Assembly (NCBI RefSeq): GCF_000281045.1
Contig: NW_008246091.1
Coordinates: forward strand, 360,190 to 409,351
Source of the DNA: Saprolegnia diclina VS20
Lineage: Eukaryota
DNA: 49,162 nt
Direction of reading: 5' to 3'
Shown here piece after piece: positions 32,917 to 45,600 of this stretch (positions within the stretch are counted from its first letter, which is position 1; each line of letters opens with the position of its first letter). The notes below the pieces were generated by a model. The model was not told the origin of the DNA and did not search any database. It was given only the letters and a program-made list of their open reading frames with translations. The position numbers and the translations under genes are program-made.

Positions 32917-34755
32917 CTAGTTGCGCTTGTAGACCTTGTTGTAGAGCGCCGCGAGACCGATGAGACGATAAAGCGCGTTGATCCAGAGGAGGAAGATGAC
33001 GTCGTAGAGCATGGTATGGTCGTTGAGCGAGAGGCTCTTGAGCACATCGACACCGTTCGAGGCGGTGCAGATCTTGCCCGCTTCGCACGGAATCGAGTGA
33101 ATCGTGTTCCAGAAGGCACGGCTCATGCCGCGGAAGCCGTACTTGAGCGGCGTGAGGAACTCGGCCCATTTTAAGTACACAGGAATGTCGTCCGAGTTGA
33201 GGAAGAGGCCGCCAAAGATGACGCACGGCAGCAAGAGCAGAATGCCGAGAATGTTGGCGACGTCCGCATTCTTGGCAACGCACGACACCATGTAGCCGAG
33301 CGCTGTCGCAACGCTCGTGATGAGCGCGATGAACACGTACATGGAGAAGAAGAGCGTCGCATCCGAGGCACCAAAGCCGACCATAAAGTAGACAGGCACC
33401 AAAAAGAGCAACGGGAATACGATCTGAAAGGCGAGCTCGCTGACGTTCTTGGCGAGATACCACACCCACGCGTGGTACATGCCCGAGTCGTACTCGCGCT
33501 TCATGAGCGGGAGCTCCGAGGGCACTGCGATGAATTCTGGCGTTGCGGCGCCAAACATTTGGTTGATCGAGACGAAGAAGAGCGCGCCCGTGAACGACTG
33601 GACGCTGGTCTGAGAGAGCTCGAGCTGCCAAAAGATAAGGCCCGCAAAGACCGACGTAAAGATGGTCTGCCCCACGCGCGCACCAAACGCGATCTTGTCG
33701 CGAACGAGCCGCGTTACGTTGCGCTTGCAGAGCACGCGGAGCTGCCCGGCGAGCCCGAGGTGCGTTGCTTCGTACGTTGCACCGTCGTCCGTCGCCTCGA
33801 GCATGCCATCGAGATCGGATTTTGTGCCAGCCGATTGGAGTTTCCACGCCTTGACCAGCGACTGGACGCGTGCTTTCGCCTCGGGCTCGAGCGCGACGAT
33901 CTGCTTCATGAAATAGTCGGTCGGGTTCATGTAGCTCGGGCATGGGTAGCCGTGCGAGGCGAAATACGAGACGGCGTCGGACGCCTTGCCGTTGTAGACG
34001 GTCTCGCCGTCCGAGAGCAAGTAGAGCTTGTCAAAGAGCGGGTAGAGCTCGGACGACGGCTGGTGGATGGTAGCAATGACCGTGCGCCCTTCGCGCGCGA
34101 GCTTTTGGAGCTGCAAAACGACCGACTCGGCCATGACGGAATCGAGACCCGAGGTCGGCTCGTCCGCAAACAGCAGCGACGGGTTGGTCAGAATTTCGGT
34201 CGCGAAGCTCAGGCGCTTGCGCTCGCCGCCCGAGATGCCGCGGATCTTGTCGCCGCCGATTTGCGCGTTGCGGCATTTCACGAGACCAAGTTCGCGCAGC
34301 ACAAACTCGACGCGCGCCTGCCGCTGCGCCGCGTCAAAGTGCTTGCCCATGCGGAGCTCGGCTTGGAATAAAAGGTGCTCTTCGACCGTGAGCGTCTCGT
34401 AAAAGATATCATCTTGCATGACGTACGATGCCTGCTTGGCCGTCGCCTTGGACCAGCGCGCGCCGTTGACGAGCACGGACCCGGACGTCGACGGCTGGCG
34501 ACCCGAGATGACGTCGAGGAGCGACGACTTGCCGGCGCCGGACGGACCCATGAGCACGACAAACTCGCCAGCCATCGCCGAGCCACTCACGTCATTAAGG
34601 ACGACCTTGTCGACGCTGCTCTTGGCGCCCGGTGGCTTGACCAGCACCGTCTTCCTGATGTGGCGCCACTCGAGGTTCATTTTCGGCACGTCGAGCAGCA
34701 GCTTTTCACCGCTGACGTGGGCCATATCGACGTAGACTTGGTTGTTGCTGCTCAT
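32917..34755 (-). CDS. ABCG/White-family half ABC transporter, 612 aa, intronless
   Basis: Walker A GPSGAGKS, signature ISGGERKR, DEPTSGLD, TIHQP and a C-terminal ABC2 TMD. Confidence 0.97.
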   Translation of the reverse strand: MSSNNQVYVDMAHVSGEKLLLDVPKMNLEWRHIRKTVLVKPPGAKSSVDKVVLNDVSGSAMAGEFVVLMGPSGAGKSSLLDVISGRQPSTSGSVLVNGARWSKATAKQASYVMQDDIFYETLTVEEHLLFQAELRMGKHFDAAQRQARVEFVLRELGLVKCRNAQIGGDKIRGISGGERKRLSFATEILTNPSLLFADEPTSGLDSVMAESVVLQLQKLAREGRTVIATIHQPSSELYPLFDKLYLLSDGETVYNGKASDAVSYFASHGYPCPSYMNPTDYFMKQIVALEPEAKARVQSLVKAWKLQSAGTKSDLDGMLEATDDGATYEATHLGLAGQLRVLCKRNVTRLVRDKIAFGARVGQTIFTSVFAGLIFWQLELSQTSVQSFTGALFFVSINQMFGAATPEFIAVPSELPLMKREYDSGMYHAWVWYLAKNVSELAFQIVFPLLFLVPVYFMVGFGASDATLFFSMYVFIALITSVATALGYMVSCVAKNADVANILGILLLLPCVIFGGLFLNSDDIPVYLKWAEFLTPLKYGFRGMSRAFWNTIHSIPCEAGKICTASNGVDVLKSLSLNDHTMLYDVIFLLWINALYRLIGLAALYNKVYKRN

Positions 34756-34767
34756 GCTTTACCAAGT

Positions 34768-34782
34768 AAATTGGAAAATGAG
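34768..34782 (-). promoter_or_regulatory. Oomycete Inr+FPR core promoter of the ABCG gene
   Basis: The minus strand reads CTCATTTTCCAATTT, a perfect match to TCATTYYNCAWTTT, 12 nt upstream of the ATG. Confidence 0.75.
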
Positions 34783-35393
34783 GTTGGTCGACACGCTCTC
34801 GACGCGATGACGTTCACGCCGCAGTGTCTGTAGTGCGATCGCAGATGGGAGGGGTAGGGTGACTTGATTCGCGCATACGATTGGCTGGAAAAACGATCGG
34901 GATGATGGTACACGGCGAGGAACCGCATCACATGCGCTTACGGACGCCCGGATGTCCGTAGGACGCAGCGTAACGTTGGTCCTTCGACGTCGCGCTTACC
35001 GACATTCTCAGTCCAGTGAATCGAGACATGTTGTCCCGAGATCCGAGACCTTGTCGTTGGCGCACTGATTGGCTCGTGCCTTCGACTTCAAAAGCCTTCG
35101 AGCTACTGCACAACAGCAAACGTAGCGTCGGAAGCCGTCTTGGTCGGCATATAGTGTGCTTCCTCAGTCTAAAACCGATCTCAATTTTGCGTTCGGTCGT
35201 ACAGTACCATGTTGGTACAGTGTTGGCGGAGCAGGATACTGGGATACTGTCCTACTCTCCGCCGTCATGACAAGTGCCCCTTGTCTATGCACCCCGTTGA
35301 TAACGTAGGTGCAGCTCGAGACCTTCCAGCCTGCGTGGTTGCAACCACTGTCGACACGATTTCACGGCCCAAGATACAAAACATCAATTAATG

Positions 35394-36780
35394 TTATTCG
35401 TTTTCGAGGCGCACGTAGCCGTCGTTGGCGTCGTCCCGCGGCAAAAGCGGCGACGTCGTCAAGCACGCGTCGACGTCGGCGGCGTTGGTTAACGGCACTT
35501 CGCTCAGCTGGAACTGGAGACTCGCGCGCTTCTGAGGCGGCGGCGACGGCAGCGGCACGGGCTTGGACGGGTGCTGTACGAGGTAGTAGACGCCAACCGA
35601 GATGCAGAGCAGTGCCGTTGGGTACAGTACCCACTTTTCGGTCGTAAAGGTCTGTGCGGTACCGTAAAATACGATACCGCCAATGACGCTAAACGAAATC
35701 CAAAAGGCTTGGAAGACCGGGAAGACTGTCATCGTGTCGCCGAGCGACGTGGCCATGTTGAGCAAATGCGTTTGCACGAGGATGCAGAGCACCATGCCGC
35801 CAATGAAGACGTACGTGAGCGGGTACTTGAACTGGTTGTCGCCTTGGAACGTCAGCGAGAGCATGATGGCCGAGCACTTTGCGAGCAGCACCGAGATGGC
35901 GCCGACGATGCCCGAGCAGATGGCGTAGTAGAATGGCACGCGCGGGTCCGCGGTCGAGCCCGGCGTCGGGTCGTAGATCGTGTAGGGCTCGCGGGCTTGC
36001 CGCTGAGTGCGTAAATGCTGGTGCAGCGACGAGACGTGGCCCGAGTCGGGCGGGCCGTGGCGCTCGTAGTCGGCGAGGAGCTGTTCTTCGAGCGCTTCCA
36101 TACGCCGCTCCAAGTCCTGGAAGCGCGCTTCGTTGTTCTAGAGAAAACGCATCGATGCAAAATCGTTGGGCAACGATATACCTTGAGGATCTGCTTCTGG
36201 CGCTGGTGCGACCAGCGAATCTGGTTCTTGAGCGTGTGGGCGAGTGAGCCCTTGATCTTGGCCAGCATGCACACGACCGAGATGACGACGCACGTAATGT
36301 ATACGACGAAACCTATGGTATATGCGTCGCCTACGTCGTCGTCGGACCCATCATACCTTTGCGTGTAAAGAGCTTCTCAAGTTCGTCGAGCGGATACGTC
36401 TTGTCTTCGTCCGAGATGACGGCGATGAGCACGACACCAATGATCACCCAAATGACGCCAATGATGTCGGTCTTGTAGAGTGTCTCCTTGTTCATGTAGT
36501 GCGCAATGATGACGTTCGCGATGAGGGTCGAGCCGCCGCCAAGCGCCGCGACGAGCGCCTGCGTTGCAAAGACAAAGGCCGTAAAATCACCGATGCTGCC
36601 CGCGATGACCATGAGCAGCCCGAGCCACCAGACCGGCCGGTGGATGTACGCGCGCTGGCTCGCCTCTGGCCGCAGGGCCTCGGTCGCATGTGAGTACTTC
36701 TGCACGTTCACGCCGAGGTTAGAGATCACGGAGGCTACGACGGCCATGATCGCACCGACAAAGTCCTGGTGCGCTGCCAT
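35394..36780 (-). CDS. NIPA-family magnesium transporter-like (DMT superfamily); 2 introns
   Basis: ASVISNLGVNVQKYSH, RPVWWLGLLMVIAGSIGDFTAFVFATQALVAALG, and HLLNMATSLGDTMTVFPVFQAFWISFSVIGGIVFY. Confidence 0.9.
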
Positions 36781-37373
36781 CGTCGTCGTCGTCCTACTGC
36801 CTGCCGGCCACAGCCCCGATATCTTTTCGCGAACAAGCTTTGGCACGGTATCCGGATATCCGGAAAAAGCAAGATTCCGTCGAGACGCGACCCTCGGTTG
36901 TCGATACCTTGGACAGCTTATCGGTGGATCAACATGACGTTATTTGTATTCACAAATGTCAATACCACTCGGACAACTCGAAAATCGCTTCTACGCGCGC
37001 TTGGTACGCTAAATTCGCTCATGGATCACAAAATGTCTTCTGCGTCGGACGCCCACGTCGAAATGTCTTGTAGAGTTGCATGCCACCTCGAGACAGCGCG
37101 ATTCGAGTGGAGCTCTCCTGTTAGCGATGGAAAGGATTGTGGCATGCCTACGGAAGCCCCGCGTACACCGATTGTACGAACTTCTCGCGTCTCCGTGTGT
37201 GCAAATTTATGCGCTGGTATAGGACCCCAAATTGCTCAAATACTGCCCATAGCAATAGACACAGAATCTCGTCAACGGGCAGCCGGCAGCAGATGTTGGA
37301 TTTGATAACGTCCGTCGCCGCTGTCATGAAACCCCTACTGAACTTTGGTTTCGAGGCGTTGAGTGCCGAGTCC

Positions 37374-39445
37374 ATGTCCAGAGTCAAGCCCCCGCGCCGC
37401 GGGACGGCAAGGTCAGACAAGCACATGAGCACGGCCGCTCGCTACACCTCGGCGCCGCTGCTCCGCGAGAGTCGGTCGCAGCTCGAGGTCCCGCCAGCGC
37501 CAGAGCTTTTGCATGGACCGACCAAGGCGGGGTACCTCACCAAGCACAACACGGGCAAGTGGATGCGTCGGCGGTGGCACCAGCGCTGGTTCGTGCTTGA
37601 GAACGGCGTGCTCTCGTACTACAAGTACCGTGACCGCGCATATGCCCACGGCGCGCTGCAATTGCACGGGACCGGGGCCCTCTTGACGATCCAGGGGGAC
37701 CTCCCCCCGGGCACGCCCACGCCGTTCTGCTTCAACATCTCGGTCGGCGTCAAGTCACTTCTCGTGTGCGCCGAGTCGGACGACGATTTTCGCGAGTGGA
37801 CCAACGCCATCTCCGCCACGATTGGTCAAGAGAGCGCGTCACTGGACGTCGCTGTCAGCGCGCCACCGCCCCGCCCCACCGTACGTCGCCTTGTCTTTGG
37901 CTACGTATCCAATATCGCTGCGGTTAGACGCTTGACAACTACGTCGAGGCCGTGCCTTCCTGGGACGCGTTTGCGTTGCCACCGATCAGTCTCGGCACGC
38001 TCGCCAGCGCCAACCTCCTCATCGGTACAGTGTCCCGTCGGCGCGCTCTCAAGTCGTGCCGTAGCGCTGATTCGGTACGGCAATGGCGCGACGCTTCTGG
38101 GCGTCCTCGGGCTACTCAACGCTGCGTGCGTCTATTGGTTTTACCAAACGCGCACCGGAGCGACGTCTCTGAGCCAGAAGCAACCGCTGAGCGAATATGC
38201 ATCTTGTCCAGCACCGGTGCCACCCCACGAGCCTGTGCCCAAGGCCCCGATCTTGGGCACCATCAATGGTAGGTAGTTTCGAAGCGATGGTATCTTCAAG
38301 GGCCGTAGGCAACAAGGCGAATGCTGGCTGCTCGTTGCCGCAGTGCGCGGTCGACGAATGCGTGCCGGGGTCGTGGGCCACCTTGGAAGCGACGCGCTTC
38401 AACCTCCGCCTCGGTGCGTACTGCATCTTTGCGCCACCTTGGACGCGATGCTCGTCGTAGGTCCCCAGTACCGGAAAACAAAACGCAAGGGCCCGTCGGC
38501 CCCCGCGCTCTTGGAGCTTGTAGCAACAGATGTGTACCGCGTACGACCGCACTCCTTGCGGAATGCATTCTTGACGGATACCTAGTCGGACACAAAGATC
38601 GACAACATTGGCAACGTTGTGCAGCTTCCCATGCGCCCGACGGCGTCCACGTACGCGCAACGCCCATGCGCTCACTACTTACGCTGTAGTTGCAGGCGCG
38701 ATCTGCTCATCATCAATTGCCAAGTGCCTTGCTACGCTCCGTCCAACCCGTTGGTATGACTGTCCCTTTGTCATCCAAACAACACTCGACCGTGTTTCTA
38801 GTGGGGAGAAAAGCAAGGCGACGGCGATGGCTTCAACTTTGTTACGTATTATGCCATTCCCGAGGCGGTTCGAGACAAGCTGCAAATGGAACCGGCGTGC
38901 AATGAGCCCGCCATTCGCGTACGTACTTGCAACGACAGCCATGATGTTCAACCTCATGGGCAATAGCTCTTGCGCGCGTTTCTGGACGATGGCAACGACC
39001 CAATCATCGTACGAGATGCAAGACATCCCTCCCAGTCAGCCTCTGCGTTTGTAGCGCGACCGCCTCAAGGCAATCGGGATCGTCGTCAACCCGGCCGAGC
39101 AAGCGCTCGGTCGAACCGTGCGTGGTCCCATTATCCGGAAGCATATTGATGGCGTACGTCTAGGAGCGGCACTTGCTCGAGACGTACAATGGGCAGCCCA
39201 TCTTGACGCGGCCACAGCACCGGTTTTACCGTGGTGACGGGTACTTTGAAGTCGACATTGACGCGCACTTGTTCAACTACGTGGCGCGCAAGGGGCTCTG
39301 CGGCGTGACCGACCACTTTGGCAACATGGTGGTCGACTTTGGCTTTGTTCTCGAGGGTCAGGAGGACGACGAGCTGCCCGAGCAGATCCTCGGCTGCGTT
39401 CGGCTCTGCAAAGTCGACGTGAAGACGGCCCCAACCATGTCCTGA
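37374..39445 (+). CDS. PH domain + TM segment + EDR2-C (DUF1336) domain protein, many short introns; start uncertain
   Basis: PH: KAGYLTK...WHQRWFVLENGVLSYYK...CAESDDDFREWTNAI. DUF1336: FNLRL, DRLKAIG, YNGQPILTRPQHRFYRGDGYFEVDID and DFGFVLEGQEDDELPEQILGCVRL. Confidence 0.88.
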
Positions 39446-39632
39446 GACACCATATACTCCAAAAGGTCGACTATTCGATCAGGATTCAATATCTGTATGA
39501 AACCTCGGTTTCGGTAAAACGTACAAACAAATGATTTCCGCGGAATCGTTCTCGACGTGTCCGTGTGCCACGTCATGAACCGAACGAGATGTCGCAGATA
39601 CGAAACGTCGCGTCCGATTGGAAGATCTTGCG

Positions 39633-42600
39633 ATGGGGAAAGACGCGACGGTCTTCGCCGAGGCCGAGGCGCGCGACGCTGCGGTCAAGCGCGCAGAAGA
39701 GGAACGCCGGGCGCTCGATGGCTACACCTTTATCCCGCAGCCGCTGCGCCGCCACTTCAAGCGCGCGCGGAGCTCGAATCAAGCCGACGCACTCGTGTCG
39801 TCGGACCCACGGGCCATTACGCTTGCACGGTACGCTCGCACGGCGCGCCTTTTGCAGCACGCGACCCCCGAATTACACGCCCACTTGTACCCGTCCGAGG
39901 TCGAAGACTTCATCTGCACGCAGGTGAGCTACGAGCGCGCGCTCGCCAAGCTCCTCTTGCTCGAGCAAGGCGGGGCTTCGTGGACCGTCGTCCAGCTGCA
40001 GCGACAAGTGATAAATCTTGTCGATACGTGCTTGAAAGGCCTCTGCGACGTGTACCTTGGCCTGCTCCAGCCCAAGCGGGCGGCGCTCGTGTACACGGCC
40101 GCATCGCCTTTGAGCGGTATGCTCGCCAAGAGCCTTCCGAGCGGCAAGGGCATTTCGTTTCGCGCTATCGACGATGACGTACTCACTTTATTCGCAATGC
40201 GATCTTATGTCTATCTAGAACATTGTGGTGTGCGATGATATCGCGACCGACGACGCGATCGAAAGCTTTGGCCCGCACCGATGCGGCCCCTTTGCAGCGC
40301 TCCCACTCCCAGGTCGACTCCGCGGCAGTCGCAGCCCCATCGGCGTCCTTGCCGTCGACGCGACGCGGGGTGCGTGGCAGAGTCACCCAGGTGCCATGAC
40401 GTTGCACGACGTCCTTGCTTTTCTGCGGGCGTATGGCCTCGACGATGTTGTGCCATCGTTTCAAAAGCACAAGATTGACGGTCCGTCGCTCTTGGCGCTC
40501 AAAGACCTCAACCTCGAGTTCACGCTGGGTATTTACCGCGTGCACACTCGGACCAAGCTGCTGTCGCTCATCGAGGGGCTCAACGCGGGCCTTCCGCTGC
40601 ACCTTCCGGAGACGCCGACGCGCTTTGTCGACGCGCCCGAGACGATGCAGTTTCTCACGCGCGTCGCCGATATTGCCGGCCCGCTTTTCGCGACCGCGCG
40701 CCGGCGGGAGTGGCATGCGCGCCTTTGCGATGCGACCAAAGACGGCACGTGCACGCAGTACGACCTGTACTACCTTGTGATCCAAGCGCTGCTCCACTGC
40801 GTCCTCAACGTCACAGGCGTTGCGATCTGGCGCGTCTTGTTGTCGCCCATGGAGCTTCTCAAGTCGAATGTGGTGCTCCTTGGCGCGTGCGATGTGCCGT
40901 CGGACCGCTTGGCGCCGTTCGTGCACTGCAGCGAGAAGGCCATCAAGCGCGTCCCGCTCTTCACAGAAACGTCAACGTCCCTGCTGCGGGGCAACGTCGT
41001 GCACGTGGTACCGGCGCTTGGACCAAAAGAAGCCACGACGTACACGGTCTCGTGGAGCAACCACGTAGTCGAAGACGTGAATTGGCACACGATGAGCCGA
41101 CTGCTGCCAGTGCGCTTGCTCAACACGCAGCACTTTCATCTTCAAGGCGTCCTCGCTGGCATGGACGTCAACAGCGGTGATTTTCTCGTGCCGTTTCCAG
41201 CCCAATCGACCAAAGTCTGGGTGCAGCCCTTTGCGGACGAGCCCAAGTTCAAGTATGTCATCGTGACAACGCTCCACGAAGCCGCCGACATCTCGGACGC
41301 AGTGAGCTACCTCTCGCAGCTTCTACCCGAGCTGGACACAACGCTGCGCTGCGTGCGCGGGCGGCAGAAGCGCCATCTGCAACGAACCGAGGCGGTCGCG
41401 CGTCTGCGGCAGTGGACGGCCGCGCTCGCAATGACACCGTCCCCGGACGCTCTCCGCTCCCTAGACGAGCTCCTCAGTCGCATGGTCAACGAGGTCCAGC
41501 TCTGCCTTCCTGGCACGCAAAGTGCAATTTGGGAGTTAACGCCCTCGGCCAAGTCGCTGCGCTGTACGTTTGCGTACCACGGGTGCGCCCGGCTCATCGG
41601 TCTCGAGGTGGACGTGCATGCTGCGGGGATTGCCGACTGCTTGAGCGCCAAGGCGCCCGTGGTTTTGCGCTCAGCCTCGCGGCTCAGCTTTCTGCCAGAC
41701 GAAACGATGCTGCCCGTCGTGCTCTTGCCACTGCTTCACGACGACGCGCTCGTGGGCGTGCTCGTTGTCTTTGATTTTCGCTCGGTCGAGAAAGGCAGAA
41801 GCGACGAGACCCACCCCGAATATGGCGTGATACCGATGCTGGAAGTGGCTGCGCGTGGCATGGCCGCCGCACTCCGGCTCAAGCGCCGCGCCGCGCGCCT
41901 GTTTGCGCTCGCCAACATTGTCGACGCCGACGCGTTTGCGGCGCCCGCGCAGGTTTTTGCGTCGGCGCTGCAGTGCCTTCAGTCGTCGCTTCTCGGTGTC
42001 CTCAAAGCCCGGCTTCTCGTTATCCGCAAGAGCGACGGCAAGCCCACTGTCGTCGCCGACACCAACGACGTCGCGCACTGGCCGGTACTTGACCTGACGT
42101 ACGTCGAAGGTGCCCGTGGCCGACTGCGCGAGCTTCGATGGCCCACGTTCCAGACGTACCACAAGCTCGACAACGCAACGTTGGACGCGGTCGTGACGCG
42201 CGTGACGTCGACACCGAGTCTCTTGAGCAAATCGCTTTGTAGCGCGGACGTCCAGTACGTCGAGACGCTGGCCGAGCCACCGGTGCCGATCGAGTGGACC
42301 AAGAATCTGCGAAAGACGCTGGAGTCGGCCAACCAAGTGATTTTCGGCAACCAAAAGTATCTCTCGACACTCGTACCGGCGCTGTGTACGTCCACCCACG
42401 TTGTCGCACTCACAGCGGCGCTTCCGTCGCCCTATTGCTTTGCCGCCGAGCCAGCCTTTCTCGAGACCGTCGCTCGCACGCTCTCGGGCGGCATCGAATG
42501 CCTTGCCGGGCGCTACGACCGAGTGCGCGCCCGTGCTGCGAGCCTCGATGCGCTCGACGCCTTTGTCGCCGCGCACAAAACGATTGCGCTGCCGCTGAAT

Positions 42601-45600
42601 TCGCCATATGCCGAACAGAGCGCCGAGGTACGTTTGGATCTGCAGCACAAGACGCTCTCGCTGTTGCAGTCAACGCTGACGGGGTGCCACGCGTACGTTG
42701 GACTGCGGCAGCCCGCGTTCCACCGCATTGTGTTTACGGCAGCATCGTCTACTAGCCACATGCTTGGAAAGCAGCTCGTGCGCGGTAAGAAAGGTGGCGT
42801 GGGCTTCGAGGTGATTGCGTCGCAGTCGCCGGTTGTGCTCACGCAAGTGTCGCAACTCCACGTCGTCCGGCATTTTGGCCGACCCGAAGCACTCGTCTTG
42901 CCATACATGGCCGTGCCGATCGGCACCTTTGGTGTCCTCGCGCTCGACGACCTCAGCGCGTACGGACCGCGCGAACCTCAGCCTGAAATGGGCGTCGAAG
43001 ACTTTCTCGTGCGGTTTGGACAGATGCTGGCGACCGGTTTGGAGGCTACCCGAACGCAAACCGCAGCGTACCGCGCTCAGCTTCGCGAACGTGGTGTGCA
43101 AAGCGCGCTTGTGCTCAGCGACAATGCCCGACCGACCGAGCACGATGCCCAAGCTGCATGCCTTGCGCTCGTCCAAGCAGCCTTTACCGGCACCAAGGGG
43201 TTCGTCGCCATGGCTATGCCATTTAGCAACGAGATGCGTGTCACCAAGGCGTCCGAGAGTCCATTGGTCGATACAATCGACGCGTCATCGCCCCTCTTTG
43301 CTGCGTTCCAGCACCAGTCGCCCGTTGTCGTCGCCCGCGTCGAAGACGACGCCGAGATCGCTCGTATCGTAAGCGACCAGAAAGGTGCGTTCGTCGCCGT
43401 CCCGATCCCACTTCTCGGTGTGCTCGCGGTGACGTCCTTTACGGGGGCGGCGGGCGGTCCGTACACGGCGACGATCCCCGAGGCCGGCACCGTGTCCTGC
43501 CTCCAGACCATTGGCGCGCACCTCGGGTCGCTCTTGCGCGCCAAGCGGCTCCAAGAGAGCCAGCGCGTGCTCTCGTCGGTCTTTCTCGGCAACATTTCGA
43601 GCTTTCAAACGCTCTTTTCGACCATCAGCGGCGAGCTGGCGCGTAATATCCCGTCGGCCATTCGCATCGACGTCTGGTACATTTTTGAGGGCGACCACCC
43701 GCCGCTGCCGCAGTTTACTGCGTCTAGTCATATCCACGCGACGTCGCCAAGCTTGCGACCGGACGACGTCGTCCAGATGCGCGCGGTCGTCTCACCCGAG
43801 TCGATTCCCGAGACGAACGCGCTGCTTCTGCCACTTGCCATGCACGACCCGTACGTCGTCGGCCCCCAAGTCGTCAAAAGCGTGCTCAAGGTAACGCGGC
43901 TACCCGGCGTCGACTGGCCATACGATCTCGATGTGCTGAAGCGGTTGCAGCCGCTCATCGACAACGCCTTGACACTCGCGAGTCACCGCGCCGCCGCGAA
44001 CGTCGCCCGCCAAAAGGCACTTGTCCGTCTCGACGCCATTCGAGACGACACACTGACGCTGCCGAGTCACGATGCGTACACTAATTTGCACGCAACCCAA
44101 GATACCTGCTTAAATGCAATCGCTGACGCGCTCGGCGCTGGCACCGACGTCTACCTCGCGTACTTGGAGCCGCGCTTCACCGAGTTTGCCACGAGAGACG
44201 TCGATGGGCTCGTCTTTCGCAGTGCGTCGCGCGAGAGTCTCATGCGCAATGTGGTCTTGGACACGGAAGACCTCCTGAGCTTCCAGTGCCTTCGCACCCA
44301 AGAACCGATTGTGATCAACCATCTGAGCGCACAAACCGGCAAAACCGTGCACTTCTGCACCAGTCGTCGGGCGACACGCGCGTATGTTGTCGTGCCGCTG
44401 AGCACACTCGGTGTCCTCGCCGTCGATAGCTTTGGCGTTCACTGCTTTACGACCAAGAACGAGCTGGAAAAAGACGTCTTGTCGTTTCTTCGGGACGCAT
44501 CGCAGCGGCTCGTGGCGCTGTACGAAGACACGCACCAGCGCTACAGCCGCGACCGCATTGTGAGCGTCGGGTCGGACCTGCAAGCGCTCTACGCCGAGAC
44601 GCTCGCCGCCGCCTATCGCGACGTGACGCATGTGCATAGCGGCCACGTGTTGGGCCTCGCACCCGACTTTACCGGCGACCTCGAGGTGCTCTGTTGGCTC
44701 AAGTATCGCAACCGACGGCCGGTGAAGGCACCGCGCCACTACTGCTACGAGCAGCGCTGCCGAAAACACTATGTTCGAGACCTCATCCACTACGACTGCA
44801 TTCGGTTGCCCATGACCAACTGCCCGCGCACGCTCGACGACGCACGCTCGACGGCGCCGGATCCAATCTTGGCCGCCACCGGGCTCGAGGTTCGCGGCAA
44901 CTACCCTACGTTTGCTGCTATGATGGACGGTAAGATGGTCGCACCCCGGATCGCGTTCGTGCTCTATCGCAAAGCCGGACGCAGCTTTACCGAGAGAGAC
45001 ACTGCGTCGCTTCGTCGGCTTCTGACGACGGCGCAAGACGCATACGTCGCCGCCTTTACCGCTCTCGTGCTCGAGAGCCTCTCGATCGAAATGCTCTTCT
45101 TCGCAAGAGAGATGCTCCAGGCCAGAGACGGGTTTGTGGCCCGCGGCTCGCCGCTGCCTATTCTCGCCATGTCGACCAACGAAACTAAGTACCCACTGGG
45201 GCCGCTAAAAAAGGCCAAGAAGCAAACCACACGCCTCATCGCGTTTGCTGCTACCGACGTGCCTGTGGCAGTCGCAACGATTCTACCGGCGGTCGTTGCC
45301 GTTGCAACGCCGGCTCCAACGACGACGACAACGGTGCCACCACCAGAAGCTACTGTGCCACCAGCAAAGGCCTCCAAGCTCACGACGCGCTTTCGCCCAA
45401 AGTCAAAACCAACGTTGGCGCCAACACCCGCAGCTGTCGCCGCCGTTACCGAGACGCCGCCCAGTGCCGTGCACCACGAAGTGCTGTTGCGACTGCCGCA
45501 TCATGAATTCCTTCTGCTCGACGTGTTTGTGGTCCCCGGTATCTTGGACAACGCCTCGTCAGTCGCGCGAACGACGATGGTCGACTGGATCGAGACGGCG